From NCBI GenBank assembly GCA_017478225.1, contig JAFVDX010000011.1, forward strand, positions 90,953-154,952: a DNA stretch of 64,000 bases. The letters are read 5' to 3'. The notes under the pieces are model-generated. The model did not search any database. It saw only the letters and a program-made list of their open reading frames with translations, and had not been told where the DNA came from. Source of the stretch: Paludibacteraceae bacterium. GTDB taxonomy: Bacteria > Bacteroidota > Bacteroidia > Bacteroidales > Paludibacteraceae. Positions 5,516-14,507 of this stretch are shown piece after piece; position 1 is the stretch's first letter; every line of letters begins with the position of its first letter. A program made the translations under genes and the position numbers.

Positions 5516-7207
5516 ATGAAAAAGAAAGTAGTTGCTTACAGTGATTTAAGCCGCAAAGTGGCTATCCTTTGGACACGTGTAAGTTCCTTTCAACAGGAGA
5601 GGGAAAATTGTTCATTGGACACTCAGAGAGAGGATTGTGAACGCTTTGCAGCCGAGAACGGAATCCGCATCAAGTATTATCTTGGAGGGAAGTATGAGAG
5701 TGCAAAGACAGAAGGTAAGGGATTTAGGGAGATGTTAGCCCTCGCACGCAAGGACAAAGAGGTAAATGTAATTCTTGTTCGCACTTCATCACGTTTTAGC
5801 CGTATAGGTCTTGAGGCTTCTGTTATCAAGTCTCAGTTGCGTGCACAAGGCATTTATGTTATCCCTGCTAAAGAGTTCTACAATCCTGATGATAAGATGT
5901 GTAGGATGATGGATAGCATTCGTGATGTTTTCAATAACACCGAGAACGAGCAAAGGAAGGATGCAACCTATTCTGGAACGATAGCCGCCCTCAATCGTGG
6001 AGAGTGGTGTCTGCAAGTGCCATTTGGATTCAAGCGCGTTCGCAAAGAGGGTACTCATCACGTATTGGAGATTACCCCAGAGGGAGAACTACTCCGTAAC
6101 GCTTGGATATGGAGAGCGAAAGGCGAGAAATTGCTGGATATCGTGGATAAGTTGAATGCTCTTGGGCTGAGGCTGAAGAGTGGAAGACCTATGCACCTCA
6201 AACGCCTCAGCAAGATACTGCAAAATCCCTTCTACTATGGATATATTGAGAGTGAACTCATTGAGAATGAGGAGCACCGCATCAAGGGGAACTTCCCTGC
6301 ATTGATTGACGAGCCGACCTTTAGAAAGGCAAACGGCTCGTCTTTCGCGGGTTATGAGCAGGTAAAAGAACCTGAATACGCTCCTATGAACACATTTATT
6401 CGATGCGCCCGCTGCGGCTGCGTTTTATCTGGATATGAGGCGCACCGCAAGAACAAGAACGGTACAGAGCGGCTATATCGTTACTACAAGTGCAGCACGT
6501 ACGGTTGCAAATGCAATGTGAACGCCGATTCTGTTCACAAGGAGTTCGGGGAAATGCTGGGAGGGTATAGGGTAGATGAACGTTATATGCCTTTACTCAA
6601 GAGGATTATAGAGAGAGAACTCAAGGAGCAGAACAAGGAGAATGAGGATAACAATAAGGTTTTGAAGGCAAGGAAAACGGAGTTGGAAGGCGAATTGAAG
6701 GATGCAATGGTTAAGTTCGGGATGAGCAAGATGCCTTCTGATGTGTACGAAGTCACGAGACAATACCTAACAGATGAGATTGCCAAAATAGATGAGAAGT
6801 TCAGGGTAGTTAACGAACTTTCCTCGAACGTCTCCTCAAAAATAGACAAGGCTCTTGTAACTGCCTCACAATTAGGCAGTTTATGGAATAAGATGGATAG
6901 TGGAAGCCGTAAGAAATTAGAATTTTTAGTGTTTCCAGACGGAATTGAATATGATAGCAATTCTGGGATTTCTCGAACGCCTCGAACGAACGTGGCGTTC
7001 GTTCTCATTCTGTTGTACTACAACGAATTACAGGCGCAAATAAAAGCAAGAGGAGAACTGAATTTACTTCAATTCTCCACTTGGTCGAGAAGAGGCGACT
7101 CGAACGCCCGACCCCCACGTCCCGAACGTGGTGCGCTACCAACTGCGCTACTTCTCGAATGTGGCGATAAACTCACCACTAAAATAATCTTTATTATTAA
7201 CCTATAA
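5516..7207 (+). CDS. Large serine recombinase (integrase); the 3' end of the ORF runs through attR and the antisense of tRNA-Pro
   Basis: Resolvase domain (AILWTRVSSFQQE), recombinase domain, and a zinc-ribbon Cys cluster (CARCGC...YYKCSTYGCKC) followed by a coiled-coil region. Residues from W at 7082 onward (WSRRGDSNARPPRPERGALPTALLLE) are a translation of the tRNA antisense strand. Confidence 0.85.
   Translation: MKKKVVAYSDLSRKVAILWTRVSSFQQERENCSLDTQREDCERFAAENGIRIKYYLGGKYESAKTEGKGFREMLALARKDKEVNVILVRTSSRFSRIGLEASVIKSQLRAQGIYVIPAKEFYNPDDKMCRMMDSIRDVFNNTENEQRKDATYSGTIAALNRGEWCLQVPFGFKRVRKEGTHHVLEITPEGELLRNAWIWRAKGEKLLDIVDKLNALGLRLKSGRPMHLKRLSKILQNPFYYGYIESELIENEEHRIKGNFPALIDEPTFRKANGSSFAGYEQVKEPEYAPMNTFIRCARCGCVLSGYEAHRKNKNGTERLYRYYKCSTYGCKCNVNADSVHKEFGEMLGGYRVDERYMPLLKRIIERELKEQNKENEDNNKVLKARKTELEGELKDAMVKFGMSKMPSDVYEVTRQYLTDEIAKIDEKFRVVNELSSNVSSKIDKALVTASQLGSLWNKMDSGSRKKLEFLVFPDGIEYDSNSGISRTPRTNVAFVLILLYYNELQAQIKARGELNLLQFSTWSRRGDSNARPPRPERGALPTALLLECGDKLTTKIIFIINL
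6984..7004. repeat. Perfect palindrome GAACGAACG-TGG-CGTTCGTTC inside the recombinase 3' region
   Basis: The 9-bp arms are exact reverse complements. It lies next to two CTCGAACG copies (6972, 6981). Confidence 0.7.
7080..7092. repeat. Right direct repeat (attR core) CTTGGTCGAGAAG
   Basis: Matches 456..467 with a one-base indel. It overlaps the tRNA-Pro 3' end. Confidence 0.7.
7082..7157 (-). tRNA. tRNA-Pro (anticodon CGG), CCA encoded
   Basis: Manual fold of the minus strand. Acceptor CGAGAAG/CTTCTCG; D arm GCGC-AGTTGGTA-GCGC; anticodon arm CCACG-TTCGGGA-CGTGG; variable GGGTC; T arm GGGCG-TTCGAGT-CGCCT; discriminator A; CCA. Length 76 nt. Confidence 0.9.
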
Positions 7208-7478
7208 GATTTTCAATAAAATATTTAATGTCAATAACGATTTTGTTAGTTCCTTTTTTAAGAAACGAATGGCTTAACTCGCACTACCAACGGCTTCAAT
7301 ATAACAAATCTGTTATTTCCTATATATATTTGGGTTGCGGGTTGAGACAGGCAAGCCTACCGCACTCCAAAAGACGGCTGCAAAGGTAGTGCAAGTTTTT
7401 GAAATACGCAAATTGGAATTTGAGAACATTCTTTTTTTTGAAAAATTGTTTGCATTTTGTTGTTTAAGAAAAATCTAT

Positions 7479-7486
7479 TATCTTTG
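7479..7486 (+). promoter_or_regulatory. -7 box TATCTTTG upstream of 7553
   Basis: Matches TAnnTTTG. Confidence 0.4.
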
Positions 7487-7552
7487 CGGCGATTACATTG
7501 TAGTCTATCAACATAGACTAATAATCTAAATTTCGGAAATAATCTTAGAAAT

Positions 7553-8086
7553 ATGGCTATAATAAAATCGGTAAGGGGTTTTACTCCACAAATAGGCAAT
7601 GATTGTTTTTTGGCAGACAATGCTGCCATTATTGGTGATACGATAATAGGCGATGGTTGCTCCATTTGGTTTGGTGCGGTATTGCGTGGAGATGTAAATA
7701 GTATAAGGATTGGCAATCATGTGAATATTCAAGATGGTGCGGTATTGCACACATTATATCAGAAATCGACAATAGAGATAGGTGATTATGTGTCAGTTGG
7801 GCATAATGTAACGATACATGGTGCTCACGTACATGATTATGCATTGATAGGTATGGGAAGTACATTGCTTGATGATGCCGAAGTAGGTGAAGGAGCAATA
7901 GTGGCTGCGGGTGCCTTAGTATTGAAAAACACCAAGATAGGTCCATACGAGATATGGGGAGGTGTGCCTGCAAAATTCATAAAGAAGGCCGAAGAGAAAC
8001 AGACGGCAGAGATTAATCAGAAAATTGCTCACAACTATGCCATGTATGCCAGTTGGTACGACAAAGACAATGAAGGTGATAAATGA
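7553..8086 (+). CDS. Gamma carbonic anhydrase family / hexapeptide-repeat (LbH) protein
   Basis: Left-handed beta-helix repeats and typical YrdA/PaaY-like sequence: FLADNAAIIGDTIIGDGCSIWFGAVLRGD...IGNHVNIQDGAVLH...VGHNVTIHG. It ends with TGA. Confidence 0.8.
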   Translation: MAIIKSVRGFTPQIGNDCFLADNAAIIGDTIIGDGCSIWFGAVLRGDVNSIRIGNHVNIQDGAVLHTLYQKSTIEIGDYVSVGHNVTIHGAHVHDYALIGMGSTLLDDAEVGEGAIVAAGALVLKNTKIGPYEIWGGVPAKFIKKAEEKQTAEINQKIAHNYAMYASWYDKDNEGDK

Positions 8087-8113
8087 CATAATTGATACAT
8101 AATTGGTAATACG

Positions 8114-8488
8114 ATGAAAAAGGTTTTAGCCGCAATAATATGCCTTTTAACAGTTGTCAATGCTATGGGATGTGACAAAAAATATAAAATAGATTATTCA
8201 GGTGTAGAATTTGCTTTTACTGGTGTAAATAGCAACGAGCCCCCGAAAAGCGCCAAAGCAGGCGAGGAGGTAGTGATATATTTTCCTATGGTTGCTACGG
8301 ACACAAAATATAGTTTTACAATTGATAATGAGCTACTAAACACCTCGGGGTTTAGTTGGGAGAAAGGCTATGAGATTCGTTTTATTATGCCTGCTCACGA
8401 TGTTAAAATAAGTTATTCGAGTCGTAACACCATGGTGATAGAAGTACCCGAGAGGGAACAAATAGAAATAGATAACAGAACGGAGTAA
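8114..8488 (+). CDS. Hypothetical lipoprotein
   Basis: Signal peptide with lipobox (VNAMGC). No family recognised. Confidence 0.45.
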   Translation: MKKVLAAIICLLTVVNAMGCDKKYKIDYSGVEFAFTGVNSNEPPKSAKAGEEVVIYFPMVATDTKYSFTIDNELLNTSGFSWEKGYEIRFIMPAHDVKISYSSRNTMVIEVPEREQIEIDNRTE

Positions 8489-8490
8489 TT

Positions 8491-9192
8491 ATGAATAGAA
8501 TTCTACTAAAACTTTCTGGTGAGAGTCTTGCCGGAGAGAAGAAACAAGGGATAAACGAAGATAGATTGATGCAATATGCTAATCAGATAAAGCAGATTGC
8601 AGACATGGGTGTAGAGGTTGGAATTGTTATCGGCGGGGGGAATATATTTAGAGGTTTGAGCGGTGCCGCCAAAGGTTTTGACCGTGTTAAAGGGGATCAG
8701 ATGGGCATGTTGGCCACAGTGATTAACTCTTTGGCATTACAATCAGCATTAAATTCTGTAGGTCAGAAGGCTCGTGTGATGACTTCTGTTAGGATGGAAC
8801 CTATTGGTGAATTTTATCAAAAAGACAAGGCAATGCGATTACTCTCGAAGGGTGTTGTAGTAATAATCGCAGGCGGTACAGGTAATCCGTATTTTACCAC
8901 CGATACCGCAAGTGTACTTAGAGCAATAGAGATAGAGGCCGATTTGATGCTAAAAGGGACTCGAGTAGATGGCATTTATACGGCGGACCCTGAAAAAGAT
9001 CCTAATGCAACAAAATTTGAAGAGATAACTTATGATGAAGTGCTTAGCAGGAATCTTAGAGTTATGGATTTAACGGCAATAGCACTTGCCAAAGACAATA
9101 AGATGCCTATCTATGTATTTGACATGGACAAAGAAGGTAATTTGCTAAAAGTAATAAAAGGCGAAAAATTGGGTACAACCGTTAAGCCATAG
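8491..9192 (+). CDS. pyrH: UMP kinase
   Basis: ILLKLSGESLAGE..., GGGNIFRG and TGNPYFTTDTA are hallmark PyrH motifs. Confidence 0.95.
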   Translation: MNRILLKLSGESLAGEKKQGINEDRLMQYANQIKQIADMGVEVGIVIGGGNIFRGLSGAAKGFDRVKGDQMGMLATVINSLALQSALNSVGQKARVMTSVRMEPIGEFYQKDKAMRLLSKGVVVIIAGGTGNPYFTTDTASVLRAIEIEADLMLKGTRVDGIYTADPEKDPNATKFEEITYDEVLSRNLRVMDLTAIALAKDNKMPIYVFDMDKEGNLLKVIKGEKLGTTVKP

Positions 9193-9256
9193 ATGAGGTC
9201 GCTATTTTTTACTTATAAAATAAAATTGCATAGTATAATAAAAACCATATAACACC

Positions 9257-9817
9257 ATGATTGAACCTAAAAAAATTCAGGCAGACGCTGAGGAGATGAT
9301 GCAGGCTGCCGTTATGTATTTAGATGATGCACTTGCTCATATTCGTGCCGGTAAGGCGAGTCCAAAACTGCTTGATTCAGTGCGTGTAGATTATTACGGA
9401 GCCCCCACCCCACTTGGTAATGTGGCTACTGTCTTAACTCCGGATGCTCGCACTATCACTATTCAACCTTGGGAAAAGAAGATTCTTAATGATATTGAGC
9501 GTGCTATCATCAATTCCAATATCGGTTTAACCCCGTCAAATAACGGTGAGATTATTCGTCTGACCATTCCTCCATTGACTGAGGAGCGCCGTCGTGAGTT
9601 GGCCAAACAATGCAAGGGTGAAGCAGAAAACGCTAAGGTAAGTGTTCGCACCGCTCGCAGAGATGCAATAGAGACACTGAAAAAACAGATTAAAGACGGT
9701 CTGTCAGAAGACAATGAGAAAGACGCAGAGGCTGAAGTTCAGAAACTGCATGACAAATATGTTAAGCAGATTGACGAGGTTTACGCAAAGAAGGAAAAAG
9801 AAATAATGACGGTGTAG
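9257..9817 (+). CDS. frr: Ribosome recycling factor
   Basis: 186 aa with typical Frr sequence ([21 protein letters not shown]...[14 protein letters not shown]). It follows pyrH as in most bacteria. Confidence 0.95.
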   Translation: MIEPKKIQADAEEMMQAAVMYLDDALAHIRAGKASPKLLDSVRVDYYGAPTPLGNVATVLTPDARTITIQPWEKKILNDIERAIINSNIGLTPSNNGEIIRLTIPPLTEERRRELAKQCKGEAENAKVSVRTARRDAIETLKKQIKDGLSEDNEKDAEAEVQKLHDKYVKQIDEVYAKKEKEIMTV

Positions 9818-9843
9818 AAAGGAATATTGAGTTACATATAATT

Positions 9844-9873
9844 AAAGAGAGTTTACTGAGATAAACTCTCTTT
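9844..9873. terminator. Bidirectional hairpin terminator between frr and mltG
   Basis: AAAGAGAGTTTA-CTGAG-ATAAACTCTCTTT, flanked by A and T runs. Confidence 0.55.
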
Positions 9874-10900
9874 ATTTTATTATTTTTCTTCTATTGAGTT
9901 CTGCTTGATATGCACGTGCGTAGGCAGCATGTTGTTTGTAAGAAGATGAGAAATGGTTGGTCCCGTCAAAATCTGCTGATGCGCACATAAAGAGATAGTC
10001 GGAAGGAGTATAATTAAGCACAGCATCAATAGTAGCGGGTTTTGCGACTCTGATAGGTCCTGGCGGAAGTCCTTTTCGCTTATAGGTGTTGTATGGTGAA
10101 TCTATCTCAAGATGTTTTTTTAACACCCTTCGCATTGAAAAATCTTGCCATGCGAAGATGATGGTGGGGCATGCTTGCAGAGGCATACCTTTGCGCAAAC
10201 GATTAAGGTAGAGTCCTGCTATTATAGGGTACTCAAAATCTTTGTTAGTTTCCGATTCAACTATTGATGCAAGCGTCTGTACTTGAGACTGACTAAGCCC
10301 TATTTTTTTTGCTTTATTTTGTCTTGCCGGTGTCCAAAAGAGTTGATATTCCGTTTTCATACGCTCAAAGAGTCTGTCGGGCGAAATTGTCCAATAGAGT
10401 TCATAAGTATTGGGAATAAACAGGCAGACAGCAGTTTCCAAATTAAGTCCAAATTGCGCCATATATTCTTCGGAGCATAGTCTTGATGCAATACTTGCAG
10501 AATCGAGTTGGAGTTGGTCGGCGAGGCGTTTTGCGAGTTGTTGGCGAGTGCGTATTCTATTGAAAGTGACCTCAACAGGTGTTTGTTCGCCATTTCTTAT
10601 GCGTCGTATAACGGCTAAATCTCCCTCGGAAGGATTTATTTTGTAGCAACCAGTTTTAGGATGTCGGAACTTAAGAAGACGGCAATGGAGTTGCCAATTC
10701 CAGTGAGAAGATATCTGGAATTGTTCGGAAAGAATATTGGTCAATGAGTCAAGCGATGTATTAGGATAGATATATATCAAATGAGGCTCATCATCAAGAC
10801 TTACTATATTTCTAACAAAGAGTCGGTAATATTGATCAATAGCAAAAGAAGCAATTAAGATAGCAAAGATTGAAGAAAAAATTATTATTACTTTTTTCAT
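9872..10900 (-). CDS. mltG: Endolytic murein transglycosylase MltG (YceG family)
   Basis: N-terminal TM segment plus a YceG-like core (LASIVESETNK...AGLYLNRLRKGMPLQACPT...SPYNTYKRKGLPPGPI). Confidence 0.85.
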   Translation of the reverse strand: MKKVIIIFSSIFAILIASFAIDQYYRLFVRNIVSLDDEPHLIYIYPNTSLDSLTNILSEQFQISSHWNWQLHCRLLKFRHPKTGCYKINPSEGDLAVIRRIRNGEQTPVEVTFNRIRTRQQLAKRLADQLQLDSASIASRLCSEEYMAQFGLNLETAVCLFIPNTYELYWTISPDRLFERMKTEYQLFWTPARQNKAKKIGLSQSQVQTLASIVESETNKDFEYPIIAGLYLNRLRKGMPLQACPTIIFAWQDFSMRRVLKKHLEIDSPYNTYKRKGLPPGPIRVAKPATIDAVLNYTPSDYLFMCASADFDGTNHFSSSYKQHAAYARAYQAELNRRKIIK

Positions 10901-11811
10901 TGTTGATTGATTTTATCATAGATATTTTGCCTTGTAGGGTCAATATCCATTAAAGTACTATAAGCAGTCTTTTTCTCATCTGAAGTACCTTTTTGAAATA
11001 TGCTTACCAATTCATCTGCTTTAGTATCAAGGAAAACGGGTATGAGAAACGAATTAGGACGAGCCTTGATAGCGCTTTTTAGGATAGGGAAGCCTTGTGC
11101 CATTCTTGCACGGGAATTATCCACATTTTTGGTCATTTCATCCAGCCCAAGTCGGTGATACTCATAGAAAAACTCTCTGTATTGGCGGAAAGCCTCATCC
11201 ATAAGATTGCTTATTACAACATATCTATTCTTATTATTTCCGAATGCTCTCCATCCTTCCATCTCAGAATTATTGAGAGAAGATGTTTGTGCAGCAGTTA
11301 TTATATTTTCACATTGCTGAAAATACGGAGTACCACCAAGTCTTTGATAACTATCCATATCAAGTCCTATGATAAGATAGCAATAATAAGCAAGCATTGC
11401 CGTCAGGTTGGTGGTAAAGACATTCTCTTGATACTCTAATGGGTCATATTCCTGATAAGTAAAATTGAAGTATTTATCTCTGAAATTCAGTATTGGTGTG
11501 GTATAAGTAGAGCCATAGACTGGACGGCGCGACTGAACCTGAATCTCTGCTGTATATTCATTGTCAGTGGTAACTTTGTTGAGAATAATAGTCATATTAC
11601 ACTCAATTTTCTCTGTTTGAGCGAAAGTCATGCCAGTCCACCGAATGGAATTAACATATTCTGATATAGATTTTTGAAGTGTTTGAAAGACTTGTTTGTT
11701 AGTACCTTCTATCTTGTCGCTATTGACTTGTACATTACAGTTGAGTTCCTGAGCATTAACAACAGACACAGCCAACAAATAAGAGGTTAGTATGTATAGA
11801 AATTTCTTCAT
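10897..11811 (-). CDS. DUF4835 family protein (PorD-like, T9SS-associated in some annotations)
   Basis: The N-terminus AQELNCNVQVNSDKIEGTNKQVFQTLQKSISEYVN matches my recollection of the DUF4835 signature. Confidence 0.55.
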   Translation of the reverse strand: MKKFLYILTSYLLAVSVVNAQELNCNVQVNSDKIEGTNKQVFQTLQKSISEYVNSIRWTGMTFAQTEKIECNMTIILNKVTTDNEYTAEIQVQSRRPVYGSTYTTPILNFRDKYFNFTYQEYDPLEYQENVFTTNLTAMLAYYCYLIIGLDMDSYQRLGGTPYFQQCENIITAAQTSSLNNSEMEGWRAFGNNKNRYVVISNLMDEAFRQYREFFYEYHRLGLDEMTKNVDNSRARMAQGFPILKSAIKARPNSFLIPVFLDTKADELVSIFQKGTSDEKKTAYSTLMDIDPTRQNIYDKINQQ

Positions 11812-12854
11812 TTGATAGATATTATGTTGCCTGTTTGAATATCAAAGGTTATCTGCGGGATATTTTTTACAAACAGGTCTTGTGGTAATGCCTGACTATA
11901 TCCGAATTGAGCGACTAAGAAAGTTTCGTCTGCCCATGTGTTATTTTCATCGGTGATTTTCACCTGAGCCGAGCCGGGGATATTATAATAAATGGGTGAA
12001 GGAGTTGGTGCTTTCTCTTTTTTGTCAGCGATTTCAGGCGCTTGTGTTTTCTGCGCGACAAGAGTTATGTACACCGGTTCACCACTCAAATCATCAGGCT
12101 CCACAACTCCGTTGAAATATGAGAAACGGAACAAACATTCTTCGGAAATAGAAGCAGTAGGTACAAAACGGATTTGCTTATGCATCCTTTGGGTTGTTGT
12201 TTTACCTACAAACAACTCACACAACGCATCTTCTTGCTGCCGCAATTCTTTAAGAACGAGTTTCATTGACTCACCATCAGCAGGCGAATGTTCAGTATCA
12301 CCAGCCAAGAGATTGAGCCTTTGCTCGCGGATACGATATATCAATTTAGCAGTATTCTCAGCCATCTTGCTCGTGCTACTTGCCATCATTTGGTCTTCTT
12401 GTAAGGGCGCAAGAATTGTTGTGTTATTTTTATGGATGTCATGACGAGCATTTGATGGTTTATTAGCAGGTTTGAAAGAATGTTCTTTTGCTTCACAATT
12501 AACAGAAAGCAGTCGGCCGTCTTTAGTGCGCAATATATTTATATTCTGCAAATTCTTTTTGTCTATTGTTACAGAATATACTCTTGACTTGTCTGCCTTG
12601 GCATGTGTATGCACTTTGATTCCCACGAGACGATAGAATTGTTCGTCTTTGGTTATTACGCCCTTGGTCCCTAAATATCTCTCGGCATACTGATAAAACA
12701 TACCCGCCTCATGACTGATTTGTTCATACTCTACATCTAACACAATCTCTGTCATGGGCAAGTAATACTCAATTTCAGCATTTTCTGCTTTACTTGGCAT
12801 AAGCAAAAGCAGAGAAAATACAGAGAAAAAAGATATTTTTAGATACCTATACAT
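11808..12854 (-). CDS. Secreted hypothetical protein (DUF4831-like)
   Basis: Signal peptide. The overall pattern (YYLPMTEIVLDVEYE...YAERYLG...IYRIREQRLNLLAG) is recalled as DUF4831. Confidence 0.45.
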   Translation of the reverse strand: MYRYLKISFFSVFSLLLLMPSKAENAEIEYYLPMTEIVLDVEYEQISHEAGMFYQYAERYLGTKGVITKDEQFYRLVGIKVHTHAKADKSRVYSVTIDKKNLQNINILRTKDGRLLSVNCEAKEHSFKPANKPSNARHDIHKNNTTILAPLQEDQMMASSTSKMAENTAKLIYRIREQRLNLLAGDTEHSPADGESMKLVLKELRQQEDALCELFVGKTTTQRMHKQIRFVPTASISEECLFRFSYFNGVVEPDDLSGEPVYITLVAQKTQAPEIADKKEKAPTPSPIYYNIPGSAQVKITDENNTWADETFLVAQFGYSQALPQDLFVKNIPQITFDIQTGNIISIK

Positions 12855-12856
12855 CT

Positions 12857-14257
12857 TTATTTATTTTCTGTTTCTTTATTATGTTTATAGTCGAAGAATA
12901 TCCAGAACAGTACTGCTACCACTAAGGCATAAGCAGCAAAGATATACCATGCAGTTTGCCATCCTGCCCATACTTCCATTGCTTTGTCAGAAATTTGGTT
13001 AAGCGTGTCTTGCAACTCAGCACTTATCTGCCCTCCCATTTGATTGATTTTATCCCAAAATTCGAGCCAAAGATATTTTCCTGCATTATCTTGTGCCACT
13101 CCATAGGCGCTCCAATCGACAGATGGCACCACTTTATTTACTACAGCCTGTGCGCTCAAAGTGCCGATAGTTGCTCCAACACCATTGGTCATCATCATAA
13201 ACAAGCCTTGAGCAGAAGAGCGGATTTCGGGTGATGTTTCTTGATCTACATACAAAGCACCAGATATATTGAAGAAATCGAAAGCAAAGCCATATACTAT
13301 ACAACTCAGAACAAAGAATATCAAGCCATTACCCGGATTCCCTATTCCAAAGAAAGCGAAACGCAATACCCATGCAAACATAGCCATAAGCATAACATTC
13401 TTTATTCCGAATTTCTTTAAGCAAACAGGTATAAGCAGTATGCAGCATGCTTCACATATTTGAGATATAGAAATCAGCATATTAGAGTGTTGCACAGCAA
13501 AAGTAGAAGAGTATTTCTGTATAGCCTCAAAACTGCCGAGGAAAGGATTAGCAAAACCATTGGTTATCTGAAGGCTTACACCGAGAGTCATACAGAAGAT
13601 AAAGAACAATGCCATTTTCTTTTGTTTGAACAAAGCGAAAGCACGCAAACCAAGAGCGTCAACCAAATCGACTTTACCTTCTGCCTTTTTGATATCACAA
13701 TTGGGTAAGGTGAGTGAATATGCAGCCAACATAAGGCTTAATCCGCCACTAACAAGGAATTGATATGGTGTATCTTGGAAGCCGAGCAAATCAACCGCCC
13801 ACATGGCAGCGATAAAACCGACAGTACCGAAGACACGAATTGGCGGGAAGTCTTTCACTGTGTCCATATTTGCCTTTTTCAAAGCATTAAAAGCCACAGA
13901 GTTGCTCAAAGCGATAGTAGGCATAAAGAAGGCCACAGAAATAGTATAGAGGACAAACAAAGGTGCAAAAGCCACTTCGCCTGCACTGAGCGCATAAAAT
14001 CCGGCTCCGCCCATAAACAAACCGGCAAGTAAATGACTCAAACTAAGAAGTTTCTGAGCGGGTATCCAACGGTCGGCCACAATACCCATCAATGCTGGCA
14101 TAAACAAACTAACGATGCCCTGTATGGCATAGAACCAACCAATGTGTGCACCCATTCCATGAGTAGCCAAATAGCGGCTCATACAAGTAAGATACGCTCC
14201 CCAAACAGCATATTCAAGGAAATTCATTACGATGAGCCTCAGTTTCATGTTTTTCAT
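12857..14257 (-). CDS. MFS nucleoside:H+ symporter family permease (NupG/XapB-like)
   Basis: The N-terminus LRLIVMNFLEYAVWGAYLTCMSRYL...MGIVADRW is typical of the nucleoside permease MFS family. About 12 TM segments. Confidence 0.7.
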   Translation of the reverse strand: MKNMKLRLIVMNFLEYAVWGAYLTCMSRYLATHGMGAHIGWFYAIQGIVSLFMPALMGIVADRWIPAQKLLSLSHLLAGLFMGGAGFYALSAGEVAFAPLFVLYTISVAFFMPTIALSNSVAFNALKKANMDTVKDFPPIRVFGTVGFIAAMWAVDLLGFQDTPYQFLVSGGLSLMLAAYSLTLPNCDIKKAEGKVDLVDALGLRAFALFKQKKMALFFIFCMTLGVSLQITNGFANPFLGSFEAIQKYSSTFAVQHSNMLISISQICEACCILLIPVCLKKFGIKNVMLMAMFAWVLRFAFFGIGNPGNGLIFFVLSCIVYGFAFDFFNISGALYVDQETSPEIRSSAQGLFMMMTNGVGATIGTLSAQAVVNKVVPSVDWSAYGVAQDNAGKYLWLEFWDKINQMGGQISAELQDTLNQISDKAMEVWAGWQTAWYIFAAYALVVAVLFWIFFDYKHNKETENK

Positions 14258-14296
14258 ATAATTTTACAATTTCGGTTAATAATCATTTTGAGCGTG

Positions 14297-14304
14297 CAAA
14301 TATA
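14297..14304 (-). promoter_or_regulatory. -7 box TATATTTG for the nucleoside permease
   Basis: Plus-strand CAAATATA is the reverse complement of TAnnTTTG. Confidence 0.4.
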
Positions 14305-14385
14305 CAATTTTCTTTTTACATACACAAAAATAAGTATTTTTCTACAAAAAAGAGCAAAGATTGCTATTATATCAATAATAATTCG

Positions 14386-14393
14386 TAAATTTG
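14386..14393 (+). promoter_or_regulatory. -7 box TAAATTTG for the nqr operon
   Basis: Matches TAnnTTTG, about 115 nt upstream of nqrA. Confidence 0.4.
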
Positions 14394-14507
14394 CACGCTT
14401 AAATATGTACATACAAAAACTACGAATTGTAGAGCAACTAACAAGAGTATTTATTGATACGGGATTAACGATAAATAATTGAAAATAATAAATATACATG
14501 TAAATTT

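Larger units (their letters stand above)
456..7092. mobile_element. ~6.6 kb integrative element in the tRNA-Pro 3' end, with a serine recombinase and a Rep_trans-like initiator
   Basis: A 12/13-bp direct repeat flanks the region. The tRNA 3' end lies at the right junction and an orphaned terminator at the left. Gene content is two serine recombinases, a Rep-like protein, an HTH protein and a cargo lipoprotein. Confidence 0.7.

Noticed and set aside
7093-7207. Apparent extra C-terminal domain of the recombinase (…GDSNARPPRPERGALPTALLLE…)
   Set aside because: This peptide is the well-known artefact of translating the antisense strand of a tRNA gene. It is not a protein domain. It is retained only as a junction-dependent tail (see finding).
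7208-7388. Possible second tRNA or small RNA upstream of tRNA-Pro (fragment GTTGGTAGTGCGAGTTAAGCC on the minus strand; minus-strand -7 box at 7381..7388)
   Set aside because: I could not fold a cloverleaf. There is no acceptor or T arm. The D-loop-like 12-mer alone is insufficient. The promoter box may simply drive a long tRNA leader.
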